The translations under genes were made by a program, and so were the position numbers. A DNA stretch of 44,717 bases from a virus. Lineage: Duplodnaviria; Caudoviricetes. The DNA is taken from positions 1 to 44,717 of the IMG/VR virus record IMGVR_UViG_3300037423_001098; one strand, written 5' to 3'. Below, in pieces: positions 14,947 to 24,863 of this stretch. Each line of letters opens with the position of its first letter. The first letter of the stretch is position 1. The notes below the pieces were generated by a model that was given only the letters and a program-made list of their open reading frames with translations, was not told the DNA's origin and did no database searches.

Positions 14947-17869
14947 TGACGGCAACGTTCAGGACCACTGCCTCGGACAGCGACCCGGCTGAGATATTGT
15001 GAAGAAGGATGTGACAGCTCCCCGCCGCCACCGCATCGACCGTCACCGTGTAGCTATTCGCCGTGGCTCCCGAGGCGATGTTGACGACCACAACGTCCGT
15101 TGCCGCGATCTGCGTGTTGGTAAGGGTGAAGCCGACAGCGGCACCCGCCGCGAGCGCCGCAGCGTTCATCGTGATCTGGCCGCAGAGCTTGCTTAGCGTG
15201 ACGCCGGTGGATTTGCTCGTCGCCTGAGTGGTTGTTCCGCCAGCACCGGTCGCGTAGCCGACGTTGCCTACTCCATAGCCGTTGTAGAGGGCGGTCCATG
15301 TCCCCGGAGTTCCGGCGGTGGTGCATGTCCATGCCCACGGGCCAACGGCGGTCGGGCCGGTGTTTATGCAGAGGTCCCCGCGAGCGTGCTCGCCAGTGGT
15401 CGGGGCCGCGCTTCCGTGGGAGATTTGCCTGCCGTTGAAGGTGAACAGGGCAACGGGAGCGAAAGCGTAGGGAACGGGTGCCGTCCGGCCGAACGTCATC
15501 AATGTGTTCGGGCCGGTGATGTAATGTGACGTAAACGATCCCTGATAGATCGTCTGAATATCGCCGTTCAGAAACCTCTCAATCCAGCCGAGCGGCGCGT
15601 CAGCTGACTGCACTAACTTGCGGATTTGCTTCGTGCTCGGGGAGCCGCCAACGGTGATGTCGGTGACTCCGGCAACCGGATCGGCAATCGTATTATACGA
15701 CCGCATTCCCAGGCCGACGTTTACAAGACCAGTGAGGGCCGAGAGCCTCCCTCGGTTGAGGTAAACCTGCGAGCCAATCGTGCCGCCAATGAACAGCCCT
15801 TGACCGCCGGGGTTTTGGATCGGGGATTGCCCGCCCTCGGTGTAGAGGCCAACGAACGTGACGGGCGCGGACTGTCCGATAACGGCTGCGGCACCGCCCT
15901 CCTTCCACGTCATTCCGCTTACCCAAGCGGGAACAGCCGAAGTTGGACCGCCCGTTCCAGGGTGTTGCGCCCAAACCGTGTAATTGGTGCCGGGAACAGT
16001 CGTTGAGGCTGCTGCCGCCTGTCCGATGACGACGAAATACCACAGCCCGCCGTAAGAGCAGGCCGAGGCCGCGGCGACGTTGGTATCGACGGTGCGGCCC
16101 GATCCGGCGTAGCCGTTCCCGGCCATCTGGCCGCCGATGTAAACATTGGCGAGGCCGGAGTTCTCGTAAATGCCCCAGGTGCCGTTAGAGATGCACTGAA
16201 TGCCCCGGAAGTCCCCGGCATTCGCATCCGAGCCCTGCACAAACAAACCGCAGCCGTTGTTGTGGGATGAGATCAGGCCGTCGATGTGCGTGGAGTTGGG
16301 GCCGCCAGCGGCATCGCCCGTCGCCCCAGAGGTTCCCTCCACGACGCAACCGTGGTCGCCCCACTCCTGCGTGGAGACGTTTATCAGGCGGCAGCCGCCG
16401 ACACGAACCCACAGGCCGTAGTGATGGGTCGTCGTCCCGCCCTGCGAGATGAACAGGATGTTGGAGATGATAGAACCGTAAGCGCCCCGCGCATTCGGCT
16501 GTGGCGTGGGGTCGTTCGTCTCCCCCATCGACTGCCCGTCCTGAAGCGTGAGGCCGCCGACGCCGGCGGCAAACTCGAACACGGTTCCCCATCCACCATT
16601 CTGGATGCCGGGGCTTGGCGCTCCGCGAAGGTCGAACGTCCCGATCTTGCAGTCCAGCCTCGTCCCGAAATGATAGGCCGTGGGCGAAAAGCTAACCGGG
16701 ATCAGGTGGCGGTAGTAGGGATTTGTCGAGAGCTGAATTTGCGTGGTGAGCAGGAAGTCCTGCATTGCCAGCCACGCGGGGTAATCATCGGTTACCCGGT
16801 CGCCGTAAGCCCCGAATGCGTCGAACGGCACCGAGCCGGAGCTGTAGTCGATCCTGAAGCCGCGACCGTCCTCTGCGAGAAACGACCATGTCGGATGAGC
16901 GGCAACGAACGCTGAATCAACCGCCGGATCATAGATGTAATCCGCCGCCCCGACGCCGCGCGTTCTGTAACCAAGACTGCGGACCCGGATGACAGTCGGC
17001 GAGACGGTGATCCCCGCCAGATTCGTGAACAGCGCCTGTCCGGTTGTCGCCGCCGAATCGGCGATGGTGATCGCGTCGCGCTTGCGGACCCACGCGCCGG
17101 ATGCTCCGGTGGTGTCCGTTGCCGGGGCAACGTAGAACCACTGCTGCGTGTCGGCGGCGACGTTCGCGCTGTTGTTCGAGCTGTCGAATACGAACGTGCC
17201 TTCGCGCCCGGATTCGGTGAGGTAGGCAGGAAGCGTCGTGCTGAGACCGGCGAGGATCGCGCGAGTTGCCGCCTTGACCGTCGCGTTGTTGAGCGTTCCC
17301 GGTGCGATTGCTGCAGCAATGGCGTTGTAGGACGACGACGAGAGGGCCGCGGAAGCTGCGGACTGTGTTGCGCTCTCCGCTGAATTGGTAGCCGAGGAGG
17401 ATGCTGCGCTGGCGCTTGAGGCGGCGCTCGTGGCCGATCCCGCAGCGGCGGTAGCGGAATTGGCCGCGTTGGTTGCGGAGGTCGCGGCCGCGCTAGTCGA
17501 TGCGGCTGCGGCAGAGGCGCTGTTCGCAGCGTTGGTGGCGGAGGTTGACGCTGCGGCCTGGGCCGCCTCCGCAGCCGCCGCCGTGTCAACGTCGATGCTC
17601 ATATCCCAGTTCGCGATTGCGTGTGCGGGCGTGATGCCGTCCGTCGCGTAGATATTGAGCGTGTAAACGCCGACTGGGCAGTAGAACTCGCAATTGCCGT
17701 TGCTATCGACCCTTGCGGTGTCCGCCACGCCAGAAACAGACGAGATGGGCGTGAGGCTGGGGTCGGCGTAGAGCGATACGCCAGCGCCGCCGCTATCGGT
17801 GACGCGGACATAATAGCCCGTCAGCGCGTTCCCCTTGTTATCGGTGATCGCGTCGAAAAAATGGTGCAT
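14927..17869 (-). CDS. tailspike / tail fibre with putative beta-helix depolymerase
   Basis: Ala/Ser-rich stalk, FGAYGDRVTDDYPA motif, Gly/Asn-rich beta-helix-like region. Confidence 0.8.
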   Translation of the reverse strand: MHHFFDAITDNKGNALTGYYVRVTDSGGAGVSLYADPSLTPISSVSGVADTARVDSNGNCEFYCPVGVYTLNIYATDGITPAHAIANWDMSIDVDTAAAAEAAQAAASTSATNAANSASAAAASTSAAATSATNAANSATAAAGSATSAASSASAASSSATNSAESATQSAASAALSSSSYNAIAAAIAPGTLNNATVKAATRAILAGLSTTLPAYLTESGREGTFVFDSSNNSANVAADTQQWFYVAPATDTTGASGAWVRKRDAITIADSAATTGQALFTNLAGITVSPTVIRVRSLGYRTRGVGAADYIYDPAVDSAFVAAHPTWSFLAEDGRGFRIDYSSGSVPFDAFGAYGDRVTDDYPAWLAMQDFLLTTQIQLSTNPYYRHLIPVSFSPTAYHFGTRLDCKIGTFDLRGAPSPGIQNGGWGTVFEFAAGVGGLTLQDGQSMGETNDPTPQPNARGAYGSIISNILFISQGGTTTHHYGLWVRVGGCRLINVSTQEWGDHGCVVEGTSGATGDAAGGPNSTHIDGLISSHNNGCGLFVQGSDANAGDFRGIQCISNGTWGIYENSGLANVYIGGQMAGNGYAGSGRTVDTNVAAASACSYGGLWYFVVIGQAAAASTTVPGTNYTVWAQHPGTGGPTSAVPAWVSGMTWKEGGAAAVIGQSAPVTFVGLYTEGGQSPIQNPGGQGLFIGGTIGSQVYLNRGRLSALTGLVNVGLGMRSYNTIADPVAGVTDITVGGSPSTKQIRKLVQSADAPLGWIERFLNGDIQTIYQGSFTSHYITGPNTLMTFGRTAPVPYAFAPVALFTFNGRQISHGSAAPTTGEHARGDLCINTGPTAVGPWAWTCTTAGTPGTWTALYNGYGVGNVGYATGAGGTTTQATSKSTGVTLSKLCGQITMNAAALAAGAAVGFTLTNTQIAATDVVVVNIASGATANSYTVTVDAVAAGSCHILLHNISAGSLSEAVVLNVAVIKAVAA

Positions 17870-17880
17870 GGATACCCTCG

Positions 17881-18369
17881 CTAGGAAGTGCTGCGCGTGG
17901 TCAGGGTTGCGACGACGTTGCTGGTGGTCGCGGTCGTGCCGAGGCTGTCGGTGACGGCGCAGCGAATGGTGCAGGTGTTGGCGGCGTCGAGCGGAAGGCC
18001 CGTTCCGGTGACGGTGGTGGTCGCCATCGCGTTGGAATTGATGGCGTAGCTTTGCCCGTCAGTCGAAACGAACGACCATGCGTAAGTGTATGGAGCGAGG
18101 CCGCCCGATGGTGTCGCGGTGACGCCGTTGGTCGTTACGGTCGTGCTATTGAGCGCGCCGAGGCCGCTGATGGTATTGCTCGACGTTGTGACAGCCAGCG
18201 AACCACCGCCGCCGCCACCGCCCCCCGGCGGCGTGAAGTTGGCGGCCTGCCGCCACGCGCCCCCGGAATAGACCTGTGCCGCGACAAGCTGACGCCACGC
18301 CCCGCCCGCGTAAACCTGTGCTCCGGTGATGACTCTCCACGCGCCGCCAAAGCGGACCTGGATCGCCAT
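17881..18369 (-). CDS. tail-associated protein (GGAWR repeats, Ig-like C-terminus)
   Basis: 3x GGAWR; GGLAPYTYAWS. Confidence 0.65.
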   Translation of the reverse strand: MAIQVRFGGAWRVITGAQVYAGGAWRQLVAAQVYSGGAWRQAANFTPPGGGGGGGGSLAVTTSSNTISGLGALNSTTVTTNGVTATPSGGLAPYTYAWSFVSTDGQSYAINSNAMATTTVTGTGLPLDAANTCTIRCAVTDSLGTTATTSNVVATLTTRSTS

Positions 18370-18707
18370 CAGTATTGCAGAACCACGGTCCCCTCGGCGG
18401 GAGAGGACGGAAGCGCCGTTGAAGAGGGCTGTGTGTAAACCGGGGCCGTGGCTTGGGTTGCCCCGGCGTGATACCAGTAGCCCCCGGCGCTGGAGCGGGT
18501 GATCGAGCCGGTGAAGGCCCCGCCCGACTTCGGCATGTATGACGATACGTCAATTGCGGCCACGATGTCATAGAGTTGGCGGCCCGACGCGCAGATATAT
18601 CGCGCCACGTCGTTCATGTTTGCGGCGGCGCAGTTCTCCGCGATGGAGAAGCCGCCACATGAGACGTTTACGCTAGGCGTCGTCGAGAACTCGGCGAAAG
18701 CGGCCAT
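18369..18707 (-). CDS. tail-associated structural protein
   Basis: IAENCAAANMND, YMPKSGGAFTG; position. Confidence 0.6.
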   Translation of the reverse strand: MAAFAEFSTTPSVNVSCGGFSIAENCAAANMNDVARYICASGRQLYDIVAAIDVSSYMPKSGGAFTGSITRSSAGGYWYHAGATQATAPVYTQPSSTALPSSPAEGTVVLQY

Positions 18708-18748
18708 TCAGCGTTTCCTTTGACTGTGATTTCGGGTAGAATTGGTCC

Positions 18749-18868
18749 GTGGACCGTCAGCAGCTCGCCCGCCGCCGCCGCCGTGAGTGGCTACTTACGT
18801 TTTCTCCGGGCGAGTGGATTTGGGTAGCGCTGGTCCTTGCGGTGTTTGCGGGCTTAATTGCCGTTTAG
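18749..18868 (+). CDS. 39-aa membrane peptide, antisense moron
   Basis: [39 protein letters not shown]; TAGAAT at 18737-18742 just before the GTG. Confidence 0.5.
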   Translation: MDRQQLARRRRREWLLTFSPGEWIWVALVLAVFAGLIAV

Positions 18869-21466
18869 GTATTTCGCCTGTTGGGCTGCGGCGAGCCATG
18901 CCGCGTAATTCCCGAGCGGACTTGGCATAAGCGGAGCCTGATCCAAGGCCCCGCCGTTGCGGGCAATGAGTTCCGCGTTATCGGCGGCCCTGATCCCCAT
19001 GCGTGTGGCACCGACCCTTCCCAAGATACCAAGACCGGCCAATCCGCCGCCAAACATGCCACCGGTCGCCGGGCTGGTCATCGCGCCAATGCCTAGGGCG
19101 GGAACCACGCTCCCCATGCCAGAAACGGGTCCAGTCGGGGCGAGGCGACCAAGGCCGCGCAGGGTGTTGCTGACCGGCGTTCCCCGCGCAACGGTTTGGA
19201 TCGCATCGGTCACATCGGGTGAGAAGTAATTCTGCCCCTTGATATTGGCCCTATCGAGGCCGCGATATTCCGTCCGCAGCGCATTCTCGAAACCAGAGCC
19301 AGTGAACTGACTTGCGCGAGCGCCAGCAAGCTCGCGGGCGCGTTCAAGGTCTTGCGCCTGCAAATACCGGCTCGCTACATCCCTGGCCTGGTCAAACTCC
19401 GGCGCGAGCGGACTTGCCCATTCGTCAAAATGGTCGAGCAAGATGCTGCCGAGGCGGCGGTCGGCGGGATCGGCGCTCTGACGACTATCGGAAAGGACGG
19501 TGCGAACCGTATTCATCTCCTTGGGCGTCATCTCCTTGCCGGCATACTGCTGGATGAGGTTGAACGCCTTGGACGTGTTCGTGTCCGCGTTGGTGATGGT
19601 CCCGCTCGGGCCGATTTGCCCTTCGTCCCGCAGAATGCCGTGGATGCCAGCCGCAAGCTGCTGCGTTTGCTCGGGCGAAGCGACGACGCCGTTGGTCTCG
19701 GCCTTGCGATAAAGGTTGCCAGCCTGCGCCTTCAAATCCTCAACCGTTGGCACGGCCGCTTCGATTCCCCGCTGGGCCGCGCGCTGCCCAGCTTTCATCA
19801 GGCCAAGGCCCGTCAAGCCGCCACCGACAAGTTCTCCGCCCATTTCAGCGAGGGGATTGCCCGGCGCGACCTGCTGTGCGGTTGCTCCGCCGATACCGCC
19901 GCCCAGACCAGAAAGGAGCGCCGCGCCCATCTTTGGAAGCGATCCACCGAACATGCCCGGAACAGCGGCAGAACCGACCGACTCCCCGACGCGCCGAACA
20001 AACTGCTTCGATGGGTCGTCTGAGGGGGGAACGATGCTCCCAACGCCAGACAGAATTTGTTTCCACTGGCCGCTGCCAAGGAGCGGGTTGGTGATCTCGG
20101 GAATATGGGTGTTGGCGACCGCGTTAATGCCCTTCGGGATCAGGTTGATCGCAGCCGTGGCAAGGTCCGCTGGCGCACCGAGAACGCTGGCAAGGCCCTC
20201 ATTTGCTCCCGACAGCCCCTGCCCGAGATACGAGTTGGCATAGGTCTTATCGTCGGCGGGCAACGATAGCGCCTTCGTGTAGGGCCGGTTTGCCGCCGTC
20301 TTGTCTTTCATCGCCAGCCCGAACTGGCGCAGATACGCATCGGCCGCGTCCGGTCCCTGCTTTTGAAGGATGTTGAAGAACTGCGCCTGCTGTTCTGGAG
20401 ATGGGGGCTTTGGGCCAGTGTCGGTGTTCGCGATTCCGGCAAGCGACGCCGCCGCATTGTCCCGCCCTGACGCGGCCTGGACAAACTTCTGATAGCCCTC
20501 GGGATCGATCTTCATCAGCACGGCCTTGGCCTCGGGACTGAGGTAGTCGATCGGATGATTGCCGCCGAGAATATCGTTGGCGTGCGCAAGGCTCGCGATC
20601 TTGCCCGCGAACAAATCCATGTCGGTCTTGAGGGACGCCTCTTTCGCGTCCAGCGGAAGGTTCATGCTGAGCGGCGCTTGGGCCTGCTCGCGTTCTCCGC
20701 CCGTGTTGACGCCATACGCCCGCGCACTTTCCGGGCCATATTTCTGCAAGATGCTTTGATACTTCGTGACCTCGGGACTGCCGCCGTGCCACCAGTTTTC
20801 CAGCGCGTTGACCGCCTTGGACGCAACGGTGTCGCCAAAGATGCTTGAACCCGCGACTTTGGGGGCTTGGTCGTATAGCATTCCCGCATGAGCGATGGCC
20901 GTGTTAAGCGCGCCGAGCTGCGAATTTGGGTTTGTGATGCCCTTCATCAGCGCCACGCGCTCGTCATAGCGGCCCGCGTCAAAGTTGCCGTTCGTGGCGT
21001 GCGCCGCAGCCAACGCCGCCTGCATGACGACCGGATTGCGGGACGTTGTGATTGAGCCTTTGTAATTGCCTGACAGCATCTCCTTAGTGAGATCGCCGAC
21101 GCCGGGAGGCAGAGATGCGATGTAAGCCGCCCCGGTCTTGGAAAGGTCACCCGGAGGAGTTCCGGCCTTGGCGTTCAGGTCAACCTGCGCGGTCTTGACG
21201 TCGAGGCCGGATTTCGCCGCCTCATTTTCCGCCTTGACGCGGTTTGCTTGCGCCGTGGCACGGGCCTGCTCAAGCTCGAACGCCGTTTTCGCCGCGCCAA
21301 CATTCGTGCTGTTCAGCTCGGCCTGGGCCTTCGGGCGCTGGAGATCATATGTTGGCGACGCAAGCGGCGACGCAGCCCCGGTGGGGTGCCATGTTCCGTT
21401 CGCATCTCGGGAGTAGATGACGCCGCCAATCGTGCGCGTGTCACCTGCTTTGTATTGCGCCATCAA
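18854..21466 (-). CDS. large internal virion / DNA ejection protein
   Basis: 870 aa, Ala/Gly-rich, last of the ejection cluster; no tape-measure gene in the genome. Confidence 0.75.
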   Translation of the reverse strand: MMAQYKAGDTRTIGGVIYSRDANGTWHPTGAASPLASPTYDLQRPKAQAELNSTNVGAAKTAFELEQARATAQANRVKAENEAAKSGLDVKTAQVDLNAKAGTPPGDLSKTGAAYIASLPPGVGDLTKEMLSGNYKGSITTSRNPVVMQAALAAAHATNGNFDAGRYDERVALMKGITNPNSQLGALNTAIAHAGMLYDQAPKVAGSSIFGDTVASKAVNALENWWHGGSPEVTKYQSILQKYGPESARAYGVNTGGEREQAQAPLSMNLPLDAKEASLKTDMDLFAGKIASLAHANDILGGNHPIDYLSPEAKAVLMKIDPEGYQKFVQAASGRDNAAASLAGIANTDTGPKPPSPEQQAQFFNILQKQGPDAADAYLRQFGLAMKDKTAANRPYTKALSLPADDKTYANSYLGQGLSGANEGLASVLGAPADLATAAINLIPKGINAVANTHIPEITNPLLGSGQWKQILSGVGSIVPPSDDPSKQFVRRVGESVGSAAVPGMFGGSLPKMGAALLSGLGGGIGGATAQQVAPGNPLAEMGGELVGGGLTGLGLMKAGQRAAQRGIEAAVPTVEDLKAQAGNLYRKAETNGVVASPEQTQQLAAGIHGILRDEGQIGPSGTITNADTNTSKAFNLIQQYAGKEMTPKEMNTVRTVLSDSRQSADPADRRLGSILLDHFDEWASPLAPEFDQARDVASRYLQAQDLERARELAGARASQFTGSGFENALRTEYRGLDRANIKGQNYFSPDVTDAIQTVARGTPVSNTLRGLGRLAPTGPVSGMGSVVPALGIGAMTSPATGGMFGGGLAGLGILGRVGATRMGIRAADNAELIARNGGALDQAPLMPSPLGNYAAWLAAAQQAKYLNGN

Positions 21467-21777
21467 TATGCTCCGATAGCGCCGCGCGTTCCGGGAAGGT
21501 ATGGAACCCGTCCATACCCCGGCAGCGTGACGTGAATGTGATTGCCCTCATTCAAGTAACGGGCGTTCGGCCCGAAATAGCTTTCGAGCGCCGATAGCGG
21601 CGCGCCAACGTAATCCGCCGCGTCGCCATTGAGGTGGTGGCTATTCGGAACACCGCCGACGAGCCTGTTGCCTTCGACCGTGCGACGCCCGGAGGTCATG
21701 TGTCCGGGGGCCTTCATCGGATCGGGGAAGCTAGTAGCGGTGATAGGGGCCGATGTCGGAGAAGCCGCCGGAGCCGA
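21463..21777 (-). CDS. peptidase M15-like peptidoglycan hydrolase domain, probably a +1 frameshift extension of 21731-22366
   Basis: [26 protein letters not shown] zinc peptidase motifs. Confidence 0.65.
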   Translation of the reverse strand, partial: SAPAASPTSAPITATSFPDPMKAPGHMTSGRRTVEGNRLVGGVPNSHHLNGDAADYVGAPLSALESYFGPNARYLNEGNHIHVTLPGYGRVPYLPGTRGAIGAY

Positions 21778-22366
21778 GAAAGCCGCCAGACTGCGGGGCA
21801 GTCTGACCTCCATCCATTTTTGCAATGTCAGCATCGGTGAGCGGCTTCGCGTTCATCGCTCCCGTAATTTGCGAGCGGAGCATCATGCCCTGTGGTGTGA
21901 CGACGGCAGGGTCGAGCTGGTTTTGCATTCTCGTCTGCATCGCCTGCGTCCACTCGGGCGATCCGGGCTTTATGCCCGAGGCGTAGAGCGTTTGTGCAAA
22001 GTCGCCGTCGGGATACATGAGCTTGAGCTGCGCCTGGAGCGGAAGCATTGCCATCTGGCGCTGCATTTCCAAGTCCTGCCGATGCTCGTAGATTTGCTCC
22101 TCCAGCGCCATCTGCCTACGGGAAGCGACGCCCTGCTGGAGGGCTTGCAAACCCTGCAATCCAGCTTCGCGCTGCGGTCCCGGCATTCCGGCGTTGAACC
22201 CGTTGAGCATGGCCGCGATGATTGAAAGCGTTTTGTTGGGCGCACCGCCGCCGAACATGCCGCCGGTGGGGGCCTGTGGAGCGCTTGGCACGTTGACGAA
22301 CTGCCCGCGCTGCTGCGGCATAAGCGGATTGTCGGGAGCGGTGGGCGAGGGGAACAGCGGGTTCAT
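21731..22366 (-). CDS. internal virion / ejection protein
   Basis: Gln/Gly/Met-rich, ejection cluster. Confidence 0.7.
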   Translation of the reverse strand: MNPLFPSPTAPDNPLMPQQRGQFVNVPSAPQAPTGGMFGGGAPNKTLSIIAAMLNGFNAGMPGPQREAGLQGLQALQQGVASRRQMALEEQIYEHRQDLEMQRQMAMLPLQAQLKLMYPDGDFAQTLYASGIKPGSPEWTQAMQTRMQNQLDPAVVTPQGMMLRSQITGAMNAKPLTDADIAKMDGGQTAPQSGGFLGSGGFSDIGPYHRY

Positions 22367-22656
22367 TATTTGAACGCTCCGAACATGCGGGCGAAGCCGA
22401 GCGCAGGGGAAATGCCGAACATTGCAGCGCCGGGGTGAGAAGCCATCAGGCCCGCCATCGGAGAGAGAAACATCAGCGGGTTAATGCCACCGTGATGCTG
22501 CTGCTGTGACGGATCGCCCATCGCCGGAAGCTGCTGCGGAGCCTGCTGCTGCTGCGTGTATGACGGGAGCTGACCCACCGGCTGCTGACCCATCGGTTGG
22601 GCGGCCTGCTGCTGCCGGATCATTTGCTGAATCTGAAAAAGCTGGATCGGGTCCAC
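22366..22656 (-). CDS. small Gln-rich virion protein
   Basis: GTG at 22656 overlapping upstream stop; MDPIQLFQIQQMIRQQQ. Confidence 0.6.
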   Translation of the reverse strand: MDPIQLFQIQQMIRQQQAAQPMGQQPVGQLPSYTQQQQAPQQLPAMGDPSQQQHHGGINPLMFLSPMAGLMASHPGAAMFGISPALGFARMFGAFK

Positions 22657-23546
22657 TATGCGACACTCCCAAGCGCGCCATAATCGACGCCATCGTAAAT
22701 CCCGTTGACGAAGCCCTTGACGAACGCCCACGGGCGCAGCTTCTCGACCTCATCGGCAAGGACGCCCTTGACGGTCGGGCCGTCAGGATCGCTGCGCCAT
22801 TTCCAGGTATAGATTCCGAGGCCGTCCTTTGCCTCGCCGACCTTCTCGATTTTCGTTTTCAGGCGACGATCCGACATCATCGCAGCCATGCTCGCGCCCT
22901 GTGCCGCCGAGTTCATCAGGCCACCAAGCCATCCGCCGGGCTGAGTGCCGGTTTGCGTTCCGTAGCCGTTGTAGAGGCCGCCGATGTTCCCGAGCGCGTT
23001 GGCGCCATAGTAGGGGAGCTGTCCGCCGAGCTGCTGCGCGCCAAGGAGGGGGCTGTAGCCAGCGAACTGCGAGGTGCCGTATCCCGGCAGCATTCCGGCC
23101 GACTGTCCCTGAACGCCCTGGTTGAACTGAAGGTTCTGGAGCATCGGGGCAAGCTCGGCCTGCGTCACGCCGCGCGCGAGGTCCGTTGCGTGATTGCCCG
23201 ATCCGGTGCGACCCGCCTGCGAGAAGGCGGAATTGATCGAGTTGCCCGCTTGCTGTCCGGCATAGTCGCCGAGCGCCTGAGCCTGCGCCTGTCCGGTTTG
23301 CAGGTAGTTCGAGCCGAGCGTCGAGTTGAGGTAGTTGTATCCGGGCTGAAGCTGCTGGCGCTGGTCGCCGATCTGCTGCTGAATGCCGGGGATCGTGCTT
23401 CCGGTGATGCCGCTCTCAACGTTGTTCAGGTTTCCCTGATTGTTGTTGACGGTATCGGTGATGCCCTGACCCGCGCCAAGGAGCAGCGGCTGCGCCGGCG
23501 TCCACGGCGTTGATGTGGACGTAGTTTTCGTGCTCTTCTTGCCCAC
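22656..23546 (-). CDS. ejection/pilot protein with C-terminal S74-like chaperone motif
   Basis: MGKKSTKTTSTSTPW start; SDRRLKTKIEKVG..GVLADEVEK..VDYGAL. Confidence 0.75.
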   Translation of the reverse strand: MGKKSTKTTSTSTPWTPAQPLLLGAGQGITDTVNNNQGNLNNVESGITGSTIPGIQQQIGDQRQQLQPGYNYLNSTLGSNYLQTGQAQAQALGDYAGQQAGNSINSAFSQAGRTGSGNHATDLARGVTQAELAPMLQNLQFNQGVQGQSAGMLPGYGTSQFAGYSPLLGAQQLGGQLPYYGANALGNIGGLYNGYGTQTGTQPGGWLGGLMNSAAQGASMAAMMSDRRLKTKIEKVGEAKDGLGIYTWKWRSDPDGPTVKGVLADEVEKLRPWAFVKGFVNGIYDGVDYGALGSVA

Positions 23547-23550
23547 CCGA

Positions 23551-23949
23551 TTATTCCCCTAGCTTCCGCTCGAACAGCCAATGGTCTTCGATTGGCCGAC
23601 ACACTTCCCAACCCAGCAGTTTCAGGCTTTTCGCCCATCCCCTGCGCCCAATTGCGATCATCCGCGTTGCCCCCGCATCGCGTGATGCCGCCCCAATCAC
23701 TTCGTTCAGTTCGCTCAGCCAGCGGCGGTGATCCCGACCGCCGACCAGCTTCACTTCGACAATTCGCTCAGTGCTCAGCCACGCGGTTGCGACGGCAAGC
23801 AATTCGTCCCCGTCCATCACCGCGAAAAGCACCTCGTCAGACTCAAGGCATGACGGAAAGCCGCCCCTTGCCCGCGCCGGTTCGAGAAACGCTTCAGCCT
23901 GAGGCCACCGATCCCAATTGAGAGGATCGGGGACGCTGCCAACAATCAA
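23551..23949 (-). CDS. tail assembly protein, possibly GNAT-like
   Basis: LVGGRD..W..GATRMIAIGRRGWAK; TTGA overlap at 23949. Confidence 0.6.
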   Translation of the reverse strand: MIVGSVPDPLNWDRWPQAEAFLEPARARGGFPSCLESDEVLFAVMDGDELLAVATAWLSTERIVEVKLVGGRDHRRWLSELNEVIGAASRDAGATRMIAIGRRGWAKSLKLLGWEVCRPIEDHWLFERKLGE

Positions 23950-24863
23950 GAAATGACGCCGTGCGTAATCAGCGCAGTGCGGATGAAGTTCAGCAGCGTG
24001 ATCGCTGTCGCGAGGTCGGTTGCGGCGGAGGGGCATCCGGTCTGTCGTTGGCCGAGCACCTGAAGCCCGTTGTTCCACAGCGCGCGACCGGCACCCATCA
24101 AGCCGATGTCGCCGTTCACCACCTCAAGGTTGAACGTCGTGGGTTCGGTGTTGTCACCCACTCTGACTTTGCCGGCAAAGGAACTCGGCGCGCTCCCAGC
24201 GCCAAGGAACGTCCATTTGCCGGTTCCCGACGACATCTGCGATCTGAACGCGGCGGTGATCGGTGCGCCGCCAGTCATGTTCGCCGCGTCAAATCCGACC
24301 GACGCGACGGTCACTCGCGAAGCGTGTCCCTGATCGCCGCAGAAAAACCCGCGCATCGTCCCGATGGTGCCGTTCGCGCCGGTGCGATCAAGGTCAACGT
24401 CAGAGGCGAAGAAGTCGGTAGCCTCGCTAATCGCCGCGCTGTTGCTGCTCTTGTTCGCGGTATGCCACTCGATCCCGCGACAGGCTGTAACCGTTCCGGT
24501 TGGAACCCCCGATGCTCCGGGACCGCCAAGCGAGTTATAGCCCTGGATACCGTAAGCGAAGGTCAGGTTTCCGGCAGTGTGGTTGATGTTGAACTGCTGG
24601 TTGAAACCGTCGACCTGGGTAGCGCCATATCCCCCGGAATAGGTCGTGCGATTGAGAAAGGCCCGCCAGTCGCTGGCCCCGCCCGGATCGCCCTCTGCGG
24701 TCTTGTCGAACAATATCGGATCGTAGGTCGTGGACGCCGGAAGCGTGCCGTAATCCTCAACGCCAGAAATCGCGTTGTCTTCAGCGGTCTTCAGTGCGGT
24801 GTTGACCGCCGTAGCCACCTGTCGCGCATCGGAAAGGTGGCTTACACGAAGAGCGGTCGTCAC
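23946..24863 (-). CDS. tail structural protein (needle/short fibre-like)
   Basis: Position after nozzle gene; C-terminal NGLQVLGQRQ..LITHGVIS. Confidence 0.6.
   Translation of the reverse strand: MTTALRVSHLSDARQVATAVNTALKTAEDNAISGVEDYGTLPASTTYDPILFDKTAEGDPGGASDWRAFLNRTTYSGGYGATQVDGFNQQFNINHTAGNLTFAYGIQGYNSLGGPGASGVPTGTVTACRGIEWHTANKSSNSAAISEATDFFASDVDLDRTGANGTIGTMRGFFCGDQGHASRVTVASVGFDAANMTGGAPITAAFRSQMSSGTGKWTFLGAGSAPSSFAGKVRVGDNTEPTTFNLEVVNGDIGLMGAGRALWNNGLQVLGQRQTGCPSAATDLATAITLLNFIRTALITHGVIS

Noticed and set aside
14927-17869. Diversity-generating retroelement or invertible tail-fibre system
   Set aside because: No reverse transcriptase, template repeat or invertase seen
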